From a bacterium UBP13_UBA5359 (GTDB lineage Bacteria; UBP13; UBA5359), in the NCBI GenBank assembly GCA_002410925.1, contig DHPR01000008.1:1-40287 (forward strand): a DNA stretch of 40,287 nucleotides, in the 5' to 3' direction. Of the stretch, positions 38,571 to 40,287 are shown one piece after another. Position 1 is the stretch's first letter. Every line of letters begins with the position of its first letter. The notes beneath the pieces were generated by a model. That model saw only the letters and a program-made list of their open reading frames with translations. It was not told the origin of the DNA and searched no databases. The translations under genes were made by a program, and so were the position numbers.

Positions 38571-39275
38571 TTGCTCGAGAAAAAGGGATTTACCCTTATT
38601 GAACTTTTAGTCGTTATTGCTATAATCGCTCTGTTGGCAGCTATACTCTTCCCTGTATTTTCACAGGCAAGGGAGAAGGCCAGGCAAACCAAGTGTGCCA
38701 GCAATCTGAAGAATTTGTGCGCAGCGATGCTGATGTATGCTCAGGATTATGATGAGTATTTTGTTCCCAACACGACCGGCAAGGATAAAAACGGGGATAC
38801 CATCCGTTGGCCGGTTATTCTTAGCAACTATACGGGAAATAAGTGCGATACCGTAAAGGAGTTTCGCGATAAAGCGAAATCGGATTCGGTCTTCTTTTGC
38901 CCAAGCCAGGCAATTGATAAAACCCAAACATTCTCACTAGAGGATTGGGTTTCTTACGGTCTTAACGGTTATCTCTCCGTAGGTGGCATTACACCAGGAA
39001 AAACTCCGGCGCAGATCACCGTTTTCAAACGTTCTCATGACAGGGTAGCTCTATTTATCGATACCAGATACACTGCAGGCGGCGTACCATATGACGATCT
39101 GGGCTATAGGACACTGACTCCCGCTTATCTGGATACGGGACGCCATAAAGGGCGTATCCAGATAGGCTGGCTTGATGGGCATGTCAGCAACGTAGACGCG
39201 GCCTGGGCTGCAAATAATATCGCTTCCGGTGCGGATATCCTTGCTTATGGTGAATTATTAACGAACTATTGGTGA
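38571..39275 (+). CDS. Prepilin-type N-terminal cleavage/methylation protein (DUF1559-like, H-X9-DG motif)
   Basis: [67 protein letters not shown]. Confidence 0.9.
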   Translation: MLEKKGFTLIELLVVIAIIALLAAILFPVFSQAREKARQTKCASNLKNLCAAMLMYAQDYDEYFVPNTTGKDKNGDTIRWPVILSNYTGNKCDTVKEFRDKAKSDSVFFCPSQAIDKTQTFSLEDWVSYGLNGYLSVGGITPGKTPAQITVFKRSHDRVALFIDTRYTAGGVPYDDLGYRTLTPAYLDTGRHKGRIQIGWLDGHVSNVDAAWAANNIASGADILAYGELLTNYW

Positions 39276-39467
39276 TACTCTTTAGCAAGTATGCTGCAAG
39301 AGAGAATAACCGGTGCTATAAACTTTACGGAGAAGGATAAGATATTTGCAAGTTGCCTGGTTGAGCCGGTTCTGTGCCCCTGGCTGATAGAATAAGCCTT
39401 TGTGGGCGACCTTCGCTGTTCGGAAGATCAAGGCATGATGTGTGTTGAATATATGAAGGTGCAAGAA

Positions 39468-40157
39468 ATGCGTAAAATATGGATCGTTATGTGTGCCGTT
39501 ATCGTAGTTGTGAGCCTGGTATCTGCAGCTGGCGCTGCGACCAACATTATGCCCAATCCTGGGGCGGAGGAGGTGGGAGCATCTCCTTACAGCGGATATC
39601 CTCAGGAATTGTTATCGCTCAGAGGCAAGGCGGCTGAATTCATACCTATTGAAGGCTGGGGATGTTATCCATCATGCGGTTATTGCACCTGGGGAGCGAC
39701 CGATAAGGAAGTGCATAGCGGAAAATACAGTGCCTTTCTGACTGTTGACGGAAGCGATGACAGGGGCGTAACGGATCTTAATATATGCCTGGGGCAAACC
39801 GATGGGCGCAATGGTAAGTATGCCTTTACTGCTAAAGCCAATACAGCTTATCGTTTCTCGTTCTGGTTGAAAGGTGACCCTGCGCCTGCAGTAGTTTATG
39901 TCAGATGGCTGGCCTGGAAAACGGAAGAAGGCTTGCCGGAAGATCGTGAATGGAGAGATACCAATCTTATAGGCAGCAAGAGGATTATACCCAGTGCTGA
40001 ATGGAAGAAATATGAGGGTACATTCACGACGGCGGCCGATACCAAAAAGTTTGTAGTGCGTATCCAGATACCTTTGCAGGCTAAATCCCAGAAGGGTCAG
40101 ACAATATACATAGAGGATGTCGAGATAACCGAACTTACAGAGGGAAGAGTAAAGTAA
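39468..40157 (+). CDS. Secreted carbohydrate-binding-domain protein (CBM4/9-like beta-sandwich)
   Basis: Signal peptide; NIMPNPGAE, VHSGKYS, YRFSFWLKG, EWKKYEGTFTT, IYIEDVEI. Confidence 0.7.
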   Translation: MRKIWIVMCAVIVVVSLVSAAGAATNIMPNPGAEEVGASPYSGYPQELLSLRGKAAEFIPIEGWGCYPSCGYCTWGATDKEVHSGKYSAFLTVDGSDDRGVTDLNICLGQTDGRNGKYAFTAKANTAYRFSFWLKGDPAPAVVYVRWLAWKTEEGLPEDREWRDTNLIGSKRIIPSAEWKKYEGTFTTAADTKKFVVRIQIPLQAKSQKGQTIYIEDVEITELTEGRVK

Positions 40158-40287
40158 TAATATTCCGAGCATAAAGGTTATAAGGTTATACTGATAAGAA
40201 ATAGCTATATATAACAAGCCCGGAGAATGTGAAAGCGGGCGTACAAAAAGCAGGAGGCAATAATGAACGACGAAAAGAAGTGGTGGG

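Noticed and set aside
1-40287. CRISPR arrays, tRNA or rRNA genes
   Set aside because: No regularly spaced repeats or recognisable structural RNA genes were seen by eye; the intergenic gaps are short.

Overview
A 40-kb chromosomal window from an anaerobic, probably diderm bacterium. This is inferred from TolC, HydG and Hcp; two DUF1559/H-X9-DG prepilin-like genes suggest an Armatimonadota/PVC-like or diderm Bacillota lineage. From left to right: (1) about 2.9 kb of mobile-element debris (DUF6431 gene, a transposase::ExeA-ATPase deletion fusion, IS21 istA and istB fragments with one IS21 end, and a broken AT-rich ImmA/IrrE-PIN pair); (2) a nitrosative-stress cluster (HcpR-like Crp/Fnr regulator, 4Fe-4S protein, cupin, rubredoxin, hcp); (3) sbcDC; (4) an operon in which a prepilin-like protein heads a ZnuA/C/B-like ABC importer with an atypical binding protein and a methyltransferase; (5) a six-gene Hyf-like Ehr membrane complex whose large subunit lacks the NiFe cysteines and whose small subunit has lost all four proximal Fe-S cysteines; (6) a TolC-MacA-MacB-like exporter; (7) TM1266-hydG behind a structured leader with a terminator, divergent from a probably ferredoxin-dependent thioredoxin reductase; (8) a general-stress-like operon (dodecin, two BON proteins, DUF2795, BCAM0308-like) behind a SigB-like promoter; (9) rsmI, an M28 peptidase and a discoidin protein; (10) an AraC-prepilin-CBM locus running off the right edge. 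The most novel candidates are the cofactor-stripped Ehr complex, the pilin-coupled metal uptake operon and the hydG leader RNA. All family calls come from motif recognition by eye; no database search was run.
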